IMG/VR virus record: IMGVR_UViG_3300045988_143605
Location: 1 to 64,000 of that record
Direction: 5' to 3' (one strand)
Origin: a virus
Length of the DNA: 64,000 nt
Of this stretch, positions 1 to 7,459 are shown one piece after another (position 1 is the first letter of the stretch; each line of letters starts with the position of its first letter). Under the pieces are notes generated by a model that worked only from the letters and a program-made list of their open reading frames with translations, did not search any database and was not told the origin of the DNA. The position numbers and the translations under genes were made by a program.

Positions 1-231
1 CAGGCAACAGGAGGCGCAAAGGTGGCGCGCTGGCAATACTCCATACCTGGCACCACAGGGCGCCCTACTTCATCACATTACACACATTATATAATATCAC
101 AGATATTAGAGATTTATAAACAAATGTAAATATTTGCTGTTGTGTATATGTTTATTACTTTATGAATGTTAAAAGCAAATGGAAATATAAATTTTTTAAT
201 GATTTTATTTGTGCAAAACAAATAGATATAT

Positions 232-239
232 TACCTTTG
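232..239 (+). promoter_or_regulatory. Bacteroidota-type -7 promoter box TAccTTTG
   Basis: Matches the TAnnTTTG consensus and is followed by CA. Lies ~40 nt upstream of ATG 278. Confidence 0.4.
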
Positions 240-277
240 CAAGCGTAAACAAGAAACATATAAAATACTTTATAATT

Positions 278-469
278 ATGAGAACAATGTATTTAATAGA
301 GCATTACGCTATCAACCGTAAGAACGGAGTCCGAACTTATATAGGTTCGGCATGTGTTGACTATCGCGAGAAAAACCTTGTTATGAAGTCCGTGAAAAAT
401 CATGGCTACAGCACAGCGGGCAAGCGTCTCTGGCAAGAAGTGGAAGAACAGAATAAGAAAACCGCTTAA
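278..469 (+). CDS. hypothetical small protein (63 aa)
   Basis: Internal ATG of ORF 209..469, chosen because the -7 box at 232 lies inside the longer ORF. No recognisable motif. Confidence 0.3.
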   Translation: MRTMYLIEHYAINRKNGVRTYIGSACVDYREKNLVMKSVKNHGYSTAGKRLWQEVEEQNKKTA

Positions 470-482
470 ACAATACATCATC

Positions 483-740
483 ATGGCACAGAACATCACA
501 ATATCGCGCACAGCGAGCGCTCGCGCCCTTCTGACGGCATTATTCACCGTCGCCGTATTACTCGTCACTCGCATGGCCAAGAACGCCCTGGCGGCCTTTA
601 AAACGGCCAGCCAGTGGCTCCGGGCTCAGCACAGCTTTTATGACCAAGATGGCGACCCTATCCTGTGCACCGGCTGGCAGTTCGTCGGCTACAACATCAT
701 GGCAGCAGTAGCGGCACTGTTACTTTGCATCGAGTATTAA
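483..740 (+). CDS. small membrane protein (two hydrophobic helices)
   Basis: Internal ATG of ORF 402..740, just after the stop of the previous ORF. Hydrophobic stretches ALLTALFTVAVLLV and YNIMAAVAALLLCI. Confidence 0.45.
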   Translation: MAQNITISRTASARALLTALFTVAVLLVTRMAKNALAAFKTASQWLRAQHSFYDQDGDPILCTGWQFVGYNIMAAVAALLLCIEY

Positions 741-793
741 CCCGCCTATTATAGGCATATAAAAACATCACCAACTTTTAAAAGTTACAGATT

Positions 794-1186
794 ATGGCAC
801 AGATAGTATTATTCAACGTTACTAACGATACACAGTATTTACCGCAGCGTCGCGACATGTTCAACGAGGCACGATGGAAGGAGGCGAAACGCCTCATGGC
901 ACAGGCCTTGAAACTGACAAGCAAGGAGGCAGGCAGATATACGTCGCGCTTCCTCCAGGATAGAATGGTCGGTGCGGACTTTCCGGCACCAGCCGGAGGC
1001 TGTCACAACGGCATCACGTGTATAGCCAACGGCGGCGAGCACAGCCAGCAGAGAGGCGAGTTTACGGTGTACGATATTATAGGCAGCTCGTATATTTACG
1101 AGGCTCCGACAGGCGATTTGTGTATTGCCAATATTCCAGAGGATGGCCAAACGGAATACTACCGTATAGTCGTATTGTCTTACTAA
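794..1186 (+). CDS. hypothetical protein (130 aa)
   Basis: Longest ORF in register with its neighbours. Preceded by the palindromic GCCTATTATAGGC element. Confidence 0.5.
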   Translation: MAQIVLFNVTNDTQYLPQRRDMFNEARWKEAKRLMAQALKLTSKEAGRYTSRFLQDRMVGADFPAPAGGCHNGITCIANGGEHSQQRGEFTVYDIIGSSYIYEAPTGDLCIANIPEDGQTEYYRIVVLSY

Positions 1187-1197
1187 TTATCATTCAC

Positions 1198-1237
1198 GGG
1201 CTGCGCCTGGCAGCAGGGCAGCCCTATTATAGAACAT
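1198..1237 (+). promoter_or_regulatory. GC hairpin + TATTATAGAAC early-gene cassette (copy 1)
   Basis: Stem GGGCTGC/GCAGCCC with inner CCTG/CAGG, directly followed by TATTATAGAACAT, 31 nt before ATG 1256. Confidence 0.5.
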
Positions 1238-1255
1238 CTAAAAAATTGAGAAATT

Positions 1256-2062
1256 ATGAACCAGATATTTGTAGAAGCAAAAAAACTAATTTGCAAAGAT
1301 GGCGAGCTATGGTTGTGGAAGGCTGATAACACGGAGTTCGTACACTTCTTCGCCACAAAGGAGGATGCACAGAAGTATATAGATCTGCATCATCAGTTTT
1401 GCCGTGAGCGCGGCATGAAGGAAGAAGCCTACAGCATCGGCACGGAGGCGGACTTTATAGCGGCTGCAAAAAAGCATGAAGCCGACAAGAAGGCCAACGA
1501 GGTGAAGAAGTATTGCAAGCACGTTGACGCATTGATAGAGCGCCGACAGCTTGAAATAAAAGCTCTGGACGGACTGGCACAGGTATGCCGAAAGTTTGAC
1601 GGCAAGGTTCTGAATAAGCGTTTCCGTGACGCTGTAACAGAGGCTACCGACTTTGGGTGCCAATTTGGGCTTTATAGTTTTGATTTTTTTCATACAGAAC
1701 AACGTAATGGTGTTTGGGATAATTTTAATTTTTCTATTTCGGCAGACTGGAGCCACGGCATCAACCGCTACACCGGCAAGAAGAAAGATATGAATCCGAA
1801 CGACTGGCAGTGGAACACGGGCGACCGACTGGAGGCTGAAAAAGCTATTGCCGTTATAGAACACTATAAAAACAACCGTCTGGCGAAGATTGAGAACCTC
1901 AAGGCATCAAAAAAGAAGTATGCAGCCTATATACGGCTGGCACGAAAAGCAGAGGCTATTATGAAAGAGATGGAAGGTTACGACTACGAGATCCGCGAGT
2001 TTGCAAAAGAGAAAGCATTAAGCCAGTATAGCCACCACTCCTACTTCTGGAATGGCTATTAA
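1256..2062 (+). CDS. hypothetical protein (268 aa)
   Basis: Long ORF with protein-like composition. The antisense ORF 1307..1864 is a shadow. Confidence 0.6.
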   Translation: MNQIFVEAKKLICKDGELWLWKADNTEFVHFFATKEDAQKYIDLHHQFCRERGMKEEAYSIGTEADFIAAAKKHEADKKANEVKKYCKHVDALIERRQLEIKALDGLAQVCRKFDGKVLNKRFRDAVTEATDFGCQFGLYSFDFFHTEQRNGVWDNFNFSISADWSHGINRYTGKKKDMNPNDWQWNTGDRLEAEKAIAVIEHYKNNRLAKIENLKASKKKYAAYIRLARKAEAIMKEMEGYDYEIREFAKEKALSQYSHHSYFWNGY

Positions 2063-2073
2063 TCATCATTCAT

Positions 2074-2116
2074 GGAGCTGCGCCTGGCAGCAGGGCAGCT
2101 CCCTATTATAGAACAT
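2074..2116 (+). promoter_or_regulatory. GC hairpin + TATTATAGAAC early-gene cassette (copy 2)
   Basis: Stem GGAGCTGC/GCAGCTCC (compensatory changes relative to copy 1) followed by CTATTATAGAACAT, 32 nt before ATG 2136. Confidence 0.5.
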
Positions 2117-2135
2117 ATAAAACTTTGAGAAAATC

Positions 2136-2819
2136 ATGGATAAAAAGAAGTATATCGACGTATTGACCGAACAGGCCGACAAACACGGCAGACCGCAGGA
2201 AATGGCCCTGAAAGACTTCTGCGACTACCTTATAGAGTTCTTTAGCATTGACGCTTTTAAGGCTGGCACCGCTGAATATAGCCAGCATATTTTGAGCTGC
2301 ACGAAGAAGAATCCTGACTTTGCAGGACTCACTTTTCAGTGGCTCGACGATGTGGCAACAGCAATGGAGCGTGGCGAGTGGCTGGACGTGTTCGGTATTC
2401 TGTATGAAGAAATGTTTTTGAGCCGCGGCAAGGCATCAAAGACGGGGCAGTTCTTCACGCCTCAGAGCGTTTCAGACCTCATGGCACAGATAAGCGTCCT
2501 GGGAGGCGAAGACCACGGCAAGGTGAACGACTGCGCAGCAGGCAGCGGACGCTTGCTCCTGGCTCATTACATGGAGAAGAGCAAACAGGACCATGCAGCC
2601 GGAAGACGCTTTGAATATGTGGCACAAGACAGCGATCCTATTGTCTGCAAGATGTGCGCCTTGAACTTTATGGTACACGGAATGTATGGACGTGTGGAGT
2701 GTCGCGACACATTGCGCATGACAGAGCCGACGGTGGTGTATATTGTCAACGAGGTGAAATATCCGTTCAACACGCCTTATTATAGCGTGAGAACGGTTTT
2801 AGCGAAAAATCAGAAATAA
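2136..2819 (+). CDS. HsdM/N6_Mtase-like SAM-binding protein lacking the NPPY/F catalytic motif
   Basis: Contains GQFFTPQSVSDLM and the motif I-like VNDCAAGSGRLLLA. The alignment to N6-MTases runs to ...NFMVHGMYGRVECRDTL, then the ORF ends without an (N/D)PP(Y/F) motif. Confidence 0.6.
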   Translation: MDKKKYIDVLTEQADKHGRPQEMALKDFCDYLIEFFSIDAFKAGTAEYSQHILSCTKKNPDFAGLTFQWLDDVATAMERGEWLDVFGILYEEMFLSRGKASKTGQFFTPQSVSDLMAQISVLGGEDHGKVNDCAAGSGRLLLAHYMEKSKQDHAAGRRFEYVAQDSDPIVCKMCALNFMVHGMYGRVECRDTLRMTEPTVVYIVNEVKYPFNTPYYSVRTVLAKNQK

Positions 2820-2828
2820 GGTATCACG

Positions 2829-2856
2829 GGGGCGATGTGCCCCTATTATAGAACAT
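2829..2856 (+). promoter_or_regulatory. GC hairpin + TATTATAGAAC early-gene cassette (copy 3)
   Basis: GGGGC-GATGT-GCCCC hairpin followed by TATTATAGAACAT, 30 nt before ATG 2874. Confidence 0.45.
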
Positions 2857-2873
2857 TAAAAATACTAAGGATT

Positions 2874-3287
2874 ATGACTTTGCAGGATTTTAAGTGCGAG
2901 GCGCAAAGAAGAGGAAATTATTACGACAATAGCGCAAATGCAGCTGAGCATTGGGCTAAAACGTGGGGCTTGACTTATCACAGTCTGTTGTGGTATTACA
3001 AGAGCTACACCATCGGCAATTTGACGTGGAAAGGTGGCAAGGTGCGCCTTCGTCACGGATCTTATCAAAGTGTGGACTGCTTTATTGGCGACGAGTCGGT
3101 AAGCGAGTATCGCTTCAAAAAAGCCCTTGAGTCTTTTGTACTACCTCCGTTGACTGACGAGGAGAAACAGCACATCGAGGCAGAACAGCAACGTCTGGAT
3201 GCCATTATGAGAATTAAGGCGAGCAGAAGAAAAAATCGTCGTCAAGAAGTCAATATCCGTCAACTTTCGCTTAATTTTGCAGTATGA
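2874..3287 (+). CDS. hypothetical protein (137 aa)
   Basis: Internal ATG of ORF 2835..3287, chosen so the cassette at 2829-2856 stays non-coding. Confidence 0.55.
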   Translation: MTLQDFKCEAQRRGNYYDNSANAAEHWAKTWGLTYHSLLWYYKSYTIGNLTWKGGKVRLRHGSYQSVDCFIGDESVSEYRFKKALESFVLPPLTDEEKQHIEAEQQRLDAIMRIKASRRKNRRQEVNIRQLSLNFAV

Positions 3288-3649
3288 AAACATCAAGCAC
3301 AATTCACTCCTTCCTGCTTAGTGAGCAGGAAGGACAAACACTACTCACGGCTCAGGAATACCCCTGGAGCGTGCTGCAGGTGATACCGACCACTCCGGCA
3401 GACTTCGACCGTACGGTGGCAGTTCTCAAGCAGCAAGGCATGGTAGCCTATCACGACACCGACCGCACATTCTGCATCATCCATTTGACAAGCGGCGACC
3501 ATGACGGACAACATCCGGAACGGCATATCACCATCACTCAGAACAACTACATGCAGTTCATCGAGGCATTGAAGGACACGATGGCGCAGGCAGCGGTGTG
3601 GTATGAAACGAATATTATAGAACTCTTAAAAAACGACAGAAAATTATGA
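3284..3649 (+). CDS. hypothetical protein (121 aa)
   Basis: ATGA start/stop overlap with the upstream ORF suggests translational coupling. Confidence 0.55.
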   Translation: MKTSSTIHSFLLSEQEGQTLLTAQEYPWSVLQVIPTTPADFDRTVAVLKQQGMVAYHDTDRTFCIIHLTSGDHDGQHPERHITITQNNYMQFIEALKDTMAQAAVWYETNIIELLKNDRKL

Positions 3650-3897
3650 GAGTACCGAAAGATATACCTAACGAACTGAAGCGTCTAATCAATGCTATTG
3701 TAAAACGTTCAGGCGATTGCGAAAATTGGCTTAATGGATATAATCGAAATCCATGGGGGTTCACCTGGTATGGCTCCAGTATGATTTGTGGGCCTCTTTT
3801 TTGTAGCTATGGCTGCATTGGCTATAACATCAATTATAAGGGGTACACAATTCATGTGGATAATGAACTGTCACGAATAAAGTTTTTTGACGAATAG
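3646..3897 (+). CDS. hypothetical Cys-rich small protein (83 aa)
   Basis: ATGA overlap with the upstream ORF. TATTATAGAAC motif lies 33 nt upstream. Confidence 0.5.
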   Translation: MRVPKDIPNELKRLINAIVKRSGDCENWLNGYNRNPWGFTWYGSSMICGPLFCSYGCIGYNINYKGYTIHVDNELSRIKFFDE

Positions 3898-3929
3898 TAT
3901 ATTATGGAATCTATAAAACATGTTGATTT

Positions 3930-4202
3930 ATGGCAAGAATAGATTATTATAAGTTTGACGTTTATGATCCGTATAGATGCGGCGGCGAATGTCACAGAAC
4001 ACTGCGAGAGGCGAAGGCAGCCTATATAAAGCACTTGCAGCAAGGACACCGCGTCAGTTGTGATATACTCGGTTGCACCCTGAAGGATGATAGCATATTT
4101 CTGACTTTTACCCCGTGGTATAGCGACAAGCAAGCCTTCGGACGTACAGAGCTGACAAACATCGGCTACGCCGTGAAAATAGGCGAATATCTTTTTCCGT
4201 AA
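3930..4202 (+). CDS. hypothetical protein (90 aa)
   Basis: ORF in the same orientation as its neighbours. No recognisable motif. Confidence 0.5.
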   Translation: MARIDYYKFDVYDPYRCGGECHRTLREAKAAYIKHLQQGHRVSCDILGCTLKDDSIFLTFTPWYSDKQAFGRTELTNIGYAVKIGEYLFP

Positions 4203-4237
4203 ACCCTATTATAGACCCTGTAAAAATCGACAGTATT

Positions 4238-4402
4238 ATGAAATTACAAAAAGAAACGATTACTATTGAAATATTTCATAACAATATACATGCCTACAAT
4301 GCTATCTATAAAGCTATTTCTGATGCAGCTTTACGACAGGCTGATAACTATCACGTTAAGATAAGGGTTATTACGGCGGTGGAGAGCTGCAAGGCTAAAT
4401 AA
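4238..4402 (+). CDS. hypothetical small protein (54 aa, below the ORF-track cutoff)
   Basis: Hand-translated as MKLQKETITIEIFHNNIHAYNAIYKAISDAALRQADNYHVKIRVITAVESCKAK. TATTATAGACC motif lies 31 nt upstream. Confidence 0.35.
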   Translation: MKLQKETITIEIFHNNIHAYNAIYKAISDAALRQADNYHVKIRVITAVESCKAK

Positions 4403-4422
4403 ATATCCCCTAACCCCCCATC

Positions 4423-4470
4423 TCCCGCCCGGCATGGTCCTTTTTTGTGGTTCGACTCCACAGGCGGGAA
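4423..4470 (+). ncRNA. tRNA-like minihelix (acceptor stem + T-arm only)
   Basis: TCCCGCC (4423-4429) pairs with GGCGGGA (4463-4469). T-arm is TGTGG-TTCGACT-CCACA (4446-4462) with a canonical TTCGAnT loop. No D-arm or anticodon arm. Confidence 0.4.
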
Positions 4471-4527
4471 CGTTCAGTAGTTATTAATTGGCATTAGATC
4501 ACAATCAATAAAGTATTTTGTTTTCCG

Positions 4528-4584
4528 GCTGCTGCGGTCTGCGAGAGATAGCAGCAGCGCAACGCCCACCACGGCAAGGCGTGG
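4528..4584. other. GC-rich twin hairpins in a non-coding island
   Basis: GCTGCTGC (4528-4535) pairs with GCAGCAGC (4551-4558). CCACG (4569-4573) pairs with CGTGG (4580-4584). The only ORFs here are poor overlapping 60-aa ones. Confidence 0.25.
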
Positions 4585-4740
4585 CACCAGTTTCGAACTC
4601 TTGGATGGGCGACAGCGTAAGAAAAGCTACAGAGGACACATAGGACACGGAAAATTCGGAGTGAAAAGGCGGAAAACAATAAAAGCGCATTTTATTACAA
4701 ATAAAATGGCTTTTTATTTGGCGATTTCAAAAATCACCAC

Positions 4741-4748
4741 TATCTTTG
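4741..4748 (+). promoter_or_regulatory. -7 box TAtcTTTG with -33 TTTG
   Basis: TTTG at 4717-4720 lies 20 nt upstream of the box. The box is followed by CA. ATG at 4818. Confidence 0.5.
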
Positions 4749-4817
4749 CAACAGATACAGAAAAAAACATTATAAACCATTAGAACAGGGCGGCAACCTA
4801 TAAGCGGCATTTAGACT

Positions 4818-5333
4818 ATGAATAGAGATTTAGTAGAGATCGCAAGCGAGAATGGATTGCAGGTGATTGAAACAACATCGAGCATTACAGGTTATCCCGA
4901 GGCGTTACAGAAGGCCATTATTGGCTTCGACACGTTCGAGCAGGCCGAGGAGCTGGCGAAGGAGAATGGCCTGAGCATCGAGGCTTTCAAAAAGCACGAC
5001 GGATGGAATCTCTGGTATCGCACCGGGTGCCAGATGTGGGAGGCTTTCCTTCGTTCGGCTGAGGACTTTGGCGACGATTACCGAGGCTACACCAAGGAGG
5101 ACTTGGAGGACTTCTATTTGAACGAGGTGCAGCCTATGGTGTCTGAGTTCGAGGATTTCGACGACCTGCGTTGTTTCCTTGACAAGATGGAAAAGATAAA
5201 GGACGAGATTGAGGATGCCGAAGATGACGAGCTCGTTATTGATCGTTGCGGCGAATATTACGCCACAATCAAGGCGCGCACCATGTCGTATTGTTACGAC
5301 GCGCATAGCTACGCCATCGGCCTGATTGATTAA
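4818..5333 (+). CDS. acidic hypothetical protein (171 aa)
   Basis: D/E-rich runs (EDFGDD, FEDFDD, EIEDAEDDE). The antisense ORF is a shadow. Confidence 0.6.
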   Translation: MNRDLVEIASENGLQVIETTSSITGYPEALQKAIIGFDTFEQAEELAKENGLSIEAFKKHDGWNLWYRTGCQMWEAFLRSAEDFGDDYRGYTKEDLEDFYLNEVQPMVSEFEDFDDLRCFLDKMEKIKDEIEDAEDDELVIDRCGEYYATIKARTMSYCYDAHSYAIGLID

Positions 5334-5395
5334 TTACGATGTTGGTTGATTATTGACCCACCAGTCCTACCGCATCACGGTGAAGCGGAATCATT

Positions 5396-5650
5396 ATGAA
5401 GAATACTATTTTTGACGAGTTGAATAACACAGGTTATGTTTATCGTGACAACGAAGATGGCACATTCGACGTGTGCTATGACCACGACCAGGACGCGAAT
5501 TTTACCGGGGTCAACATGTATCATGTGGCGACGGTTAAGGAGGAAGGCGACCTCTGGTGTGTCAACGGAAACACGGGCGCAGGTTGGGGCGAGTACCCCA
5601 AGGAGGATTGGCCCTTAGAGAGAGCCATCTACGACCAGTGTATTGACTAA
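5396..5650 (+). CDS. hypothetical acidic protein (84 aa)
   Basis: ORF in the same orientation as its neighbours. Confidence 0.5.
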   Translation: MKNTIFDELNNTGYVYRDNEDGTFDVCYDHDQDANFTGVNMYHVATVKEEGDLWCVNGNTGAGWGEYPKEDWPLERAIYDQCID

Positions 5651-5679
5651 CATATTAACTAACAGTAAAGCGAAACGAG

Positions 5680-6036
5680 ATGAAAATTTATGAAGTAGAA
5701 ATAAACACTCATGATTTGGCAGCCGCGAATTACTCTGTCAAGAACGGCAGGCGTTATATGTTTGTAACAAAAGAACTTGCAGCCGAGTTCGTTTTTAAAA
5801 ACATGAAGGCGCAATACTTCCTCGGTGGTGGTAACATCGTGGCTACACGTCAGATGTTGCTCGACAATGTTAACGACTCGTCATGGTATAGCATACGACA
5901 GTATATCAAGGCAGAGCCTAACGAGCCTGGCGATTGCTTCGACCTGCTCGGCTATGAGCCAGAGGACGAAACACAATACTATCACGTTATAGAACGTGAA
6001 GTGTTTGAGGCTGGGTCTTATCACAAAAAAATATAG
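5680..6036 (+). CDS. hypothetical protein (118 aa)
   Basis: ORF in the same orientation as its neighbours. Confidence 0.55.
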   Translation: MKIYEVEINTHDLAAANYSVKNGRRYMFVTKELAAEFVFKNMKAQYFLGGGNIVATRQMLLDNVNDSSWYSIRQYIKAEPNEPGDCFDLLGYEPEDETQYYHVIEREVFEAGSYHKKI

Positions 6037-6041
6037 ACAAC

Positions 6042-6266
6042 ATGGAAAAAGACCAAATAATTTACGATAAGCGTAAGGTCATGGGCGAGAACATCCGCAG
6101 GTTGCGCACCGCCCAGGGCTGGGAGCAGGAGCAGCTCGCACAGATTGTGGGCATCACCACTTCAAACGTCCGCAGCGTGGAAGCCGGCAAGTATGCCGTG
6201 AACATCGACGTGCTCAACAAGATTGCAGGAGCACTGGGCGCGGAACTGAGAATGATTGAAAAATAA
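6042..6266 (+). CDS. XRE-family helix-turn-helix regulator (74 aa)
   Basis: GENIRRLRTAQGWEQEQLAQIVGITTSNVRSVEAGKYAVNIDVLNKIAGALG matches the HTH_3/XRE pattern. Confidence 0.75.
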   Translation: MEKDQIIYDKRKVMGENIRRLRTAQGWEQEQLAQIVGITTSNVRSVEAGKYAVNIDVLNKIAGALGAELRMIEK

Positions 6267-6285
6267 AAAGTAAAAATGAAGGATT

Positions 6286-6906
6286 ATGGCAAATGAAAGA
6301 TTTGTGTTGGCATCGGGCAAGGATCTGATGTGGACAGTGACGGACAACGAGAACGGCATCGCGATTGACTTCCGCGAGGGATTGTTTAATGAGAGCCAGG
6401 AGGTAAAGCTGATTGCTGAGTTCACTTCTGGCGACACTCCGAGAATGGCACGTATCATGCGCGAGATAGGCGACTGGATGGCTGAGAACCATGTGGAGGT
6501 GGCTCTCAGCGACTGGAAGACTCGACGCTCGGCTATCTGGAAACTAAGCAACGAAAAATATTGGCTGGCCCTGGCAGCAGCAACCAACAGCCTTCTGTTG
6601 TCGGACATGGACGCAGAACACGCGGCTTGTATGTTGTACGCCGAGGTATGCGATTGGGCAGAGTTCGAGAAGAGTGTAGACCTGACGAAAGCCGAGGAGG
6701 AGAATCTGAAGGGCGTATTGTCGGAGTTGACGGACGCAGAGGCCTGGGAGGTGTTCAAGATTTTGCACGTCTTCTGGAATTATCGCACGGAAGATATAGA
6801 CATGTTTCAATGGGCGATGGATGTGACCTGGTGGCCGGCATTGTTGCCCAACAAACTGAAGATGCAAGACGAGTGTGAGGAAGACGATATTATAGACGAG
6901 GGATAA
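6286..6906 (+). CDS. acidic hypothetical protein (206 aa)
   Basis: Long ORF with an acidic C-terminus, DECEEDDIIDEG. Confidence 0.6.
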   Translation: MANERFVLASGKDLMWTVTDNENGIAIDFREGLFNESQEVKLIAEFTSGDTPRMARIMREIGDWMAENHVEVALSDWKTRRSAIWKLSNEKYWLALAAATNSLLLSDMDAEHAACMLYAEVCDWAEFEKSVDLTKAEEENLKGVLSELTDAEAWEVFKILHVFWNYRTEDIDMFQWAMDVTWWPALLPNKLKMQDECEEDDIIDEG

Positions 6907-6918
6907 AACGAAGGAAAT

Positions 6919-7092
6919 ATGGAAATTATCAAGACGGAAAATACAAGAGCGGGTCGCCCTGCTATGGAAGGCAAGACACGGCGATATGTCGTAGCCGACG
7001 ATGTGCATGAATGGATAATTCAGCACGGCGGCGGGAAGTATATAACAGATATCATGCGCACCATTATGGCGGTGCAGCGGGAAAATGAATAA
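6919..7092 (+). CDS. hypothetical small protein (57 aa, below the ORF-track cutoff)
   Basis: Hand-translated as MEIIKTENTRAGRPAMEGKTRRYVVADDVHEWIIQHGGGKYITDIMRTIMAVQRENE. It fills the gap between neighbouring ORFs. Confidence 0.35.
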   Translation: MEIIKTENTRAGRPAMEGKTRRYVVADDVHEWIIQHGGGKYITDIMRTIMAVQRENE

Positions 7093-7116
7093 CAATAACA
7101 ATAAAAACACAGTATT

Positions 7117-7422
7117 ATGGTAACTAAGAAAGTTTATCCTTTTATACATGCGAGAATAGCAGAAGACAATGAAGCACTTGAAGGTCATGTAATTACATTT
7201 GATGCTCGTGAGGTGGCCTATTACCACCGTCATGAGGAATCGGACGACAACGCGGACATTGTGACAGTTGGCTTCAAGTCGGGCAAGGAGATTGATATGT
7301 ATTTCGGGCTTGACGAGGAGTGTTATCCTGATGACAATCTGATAACAGCCATCGATATGGTGCTGTACTCACATTTTTGGCACGACAACGAGGATTCCAC
7401 TCCGGACGAGGACGAGGATTAA
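7117..7422 (+). CDS. acidic hypothetical protein (101 aa)
   Basis: Ends DNEDSTPDEDED. Confidence 0.5.
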   Translation: MVTKKVYPFIHARIAEDNEALEGHVITFDAREVAYYHRHEESDDNADIVTVGFKSGKEIDMYFGLDEECYPDDNLITAIDMVLYSHFWHDNEDSTPDEDED

Positions 7423-7459
7423 CATGGACGAGAATAACATTTTAGATACTTTATAGAAT

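Noticed and set aside
4494-4783. Three overlapping ~60-aa ORFs in the 4.5-4.8 kb gap.
   Set aside because: They are mutually overlapping on both strands and Cys/Arg/Pro-rich. They span GC hairpins and the 4741 promoter, so the region is more likely non-coding RNA or regulatory sequence.
6162-7233. Minus-strand ORFs of 198 aa and 229 aa across 6.2-7.2 kb.
   Set aside because: They lie opposite three tightly packed plus-strand ORFs. Their composition (Ser/Phe/Leu/His-rich) and lack of any motif indicate shadows.
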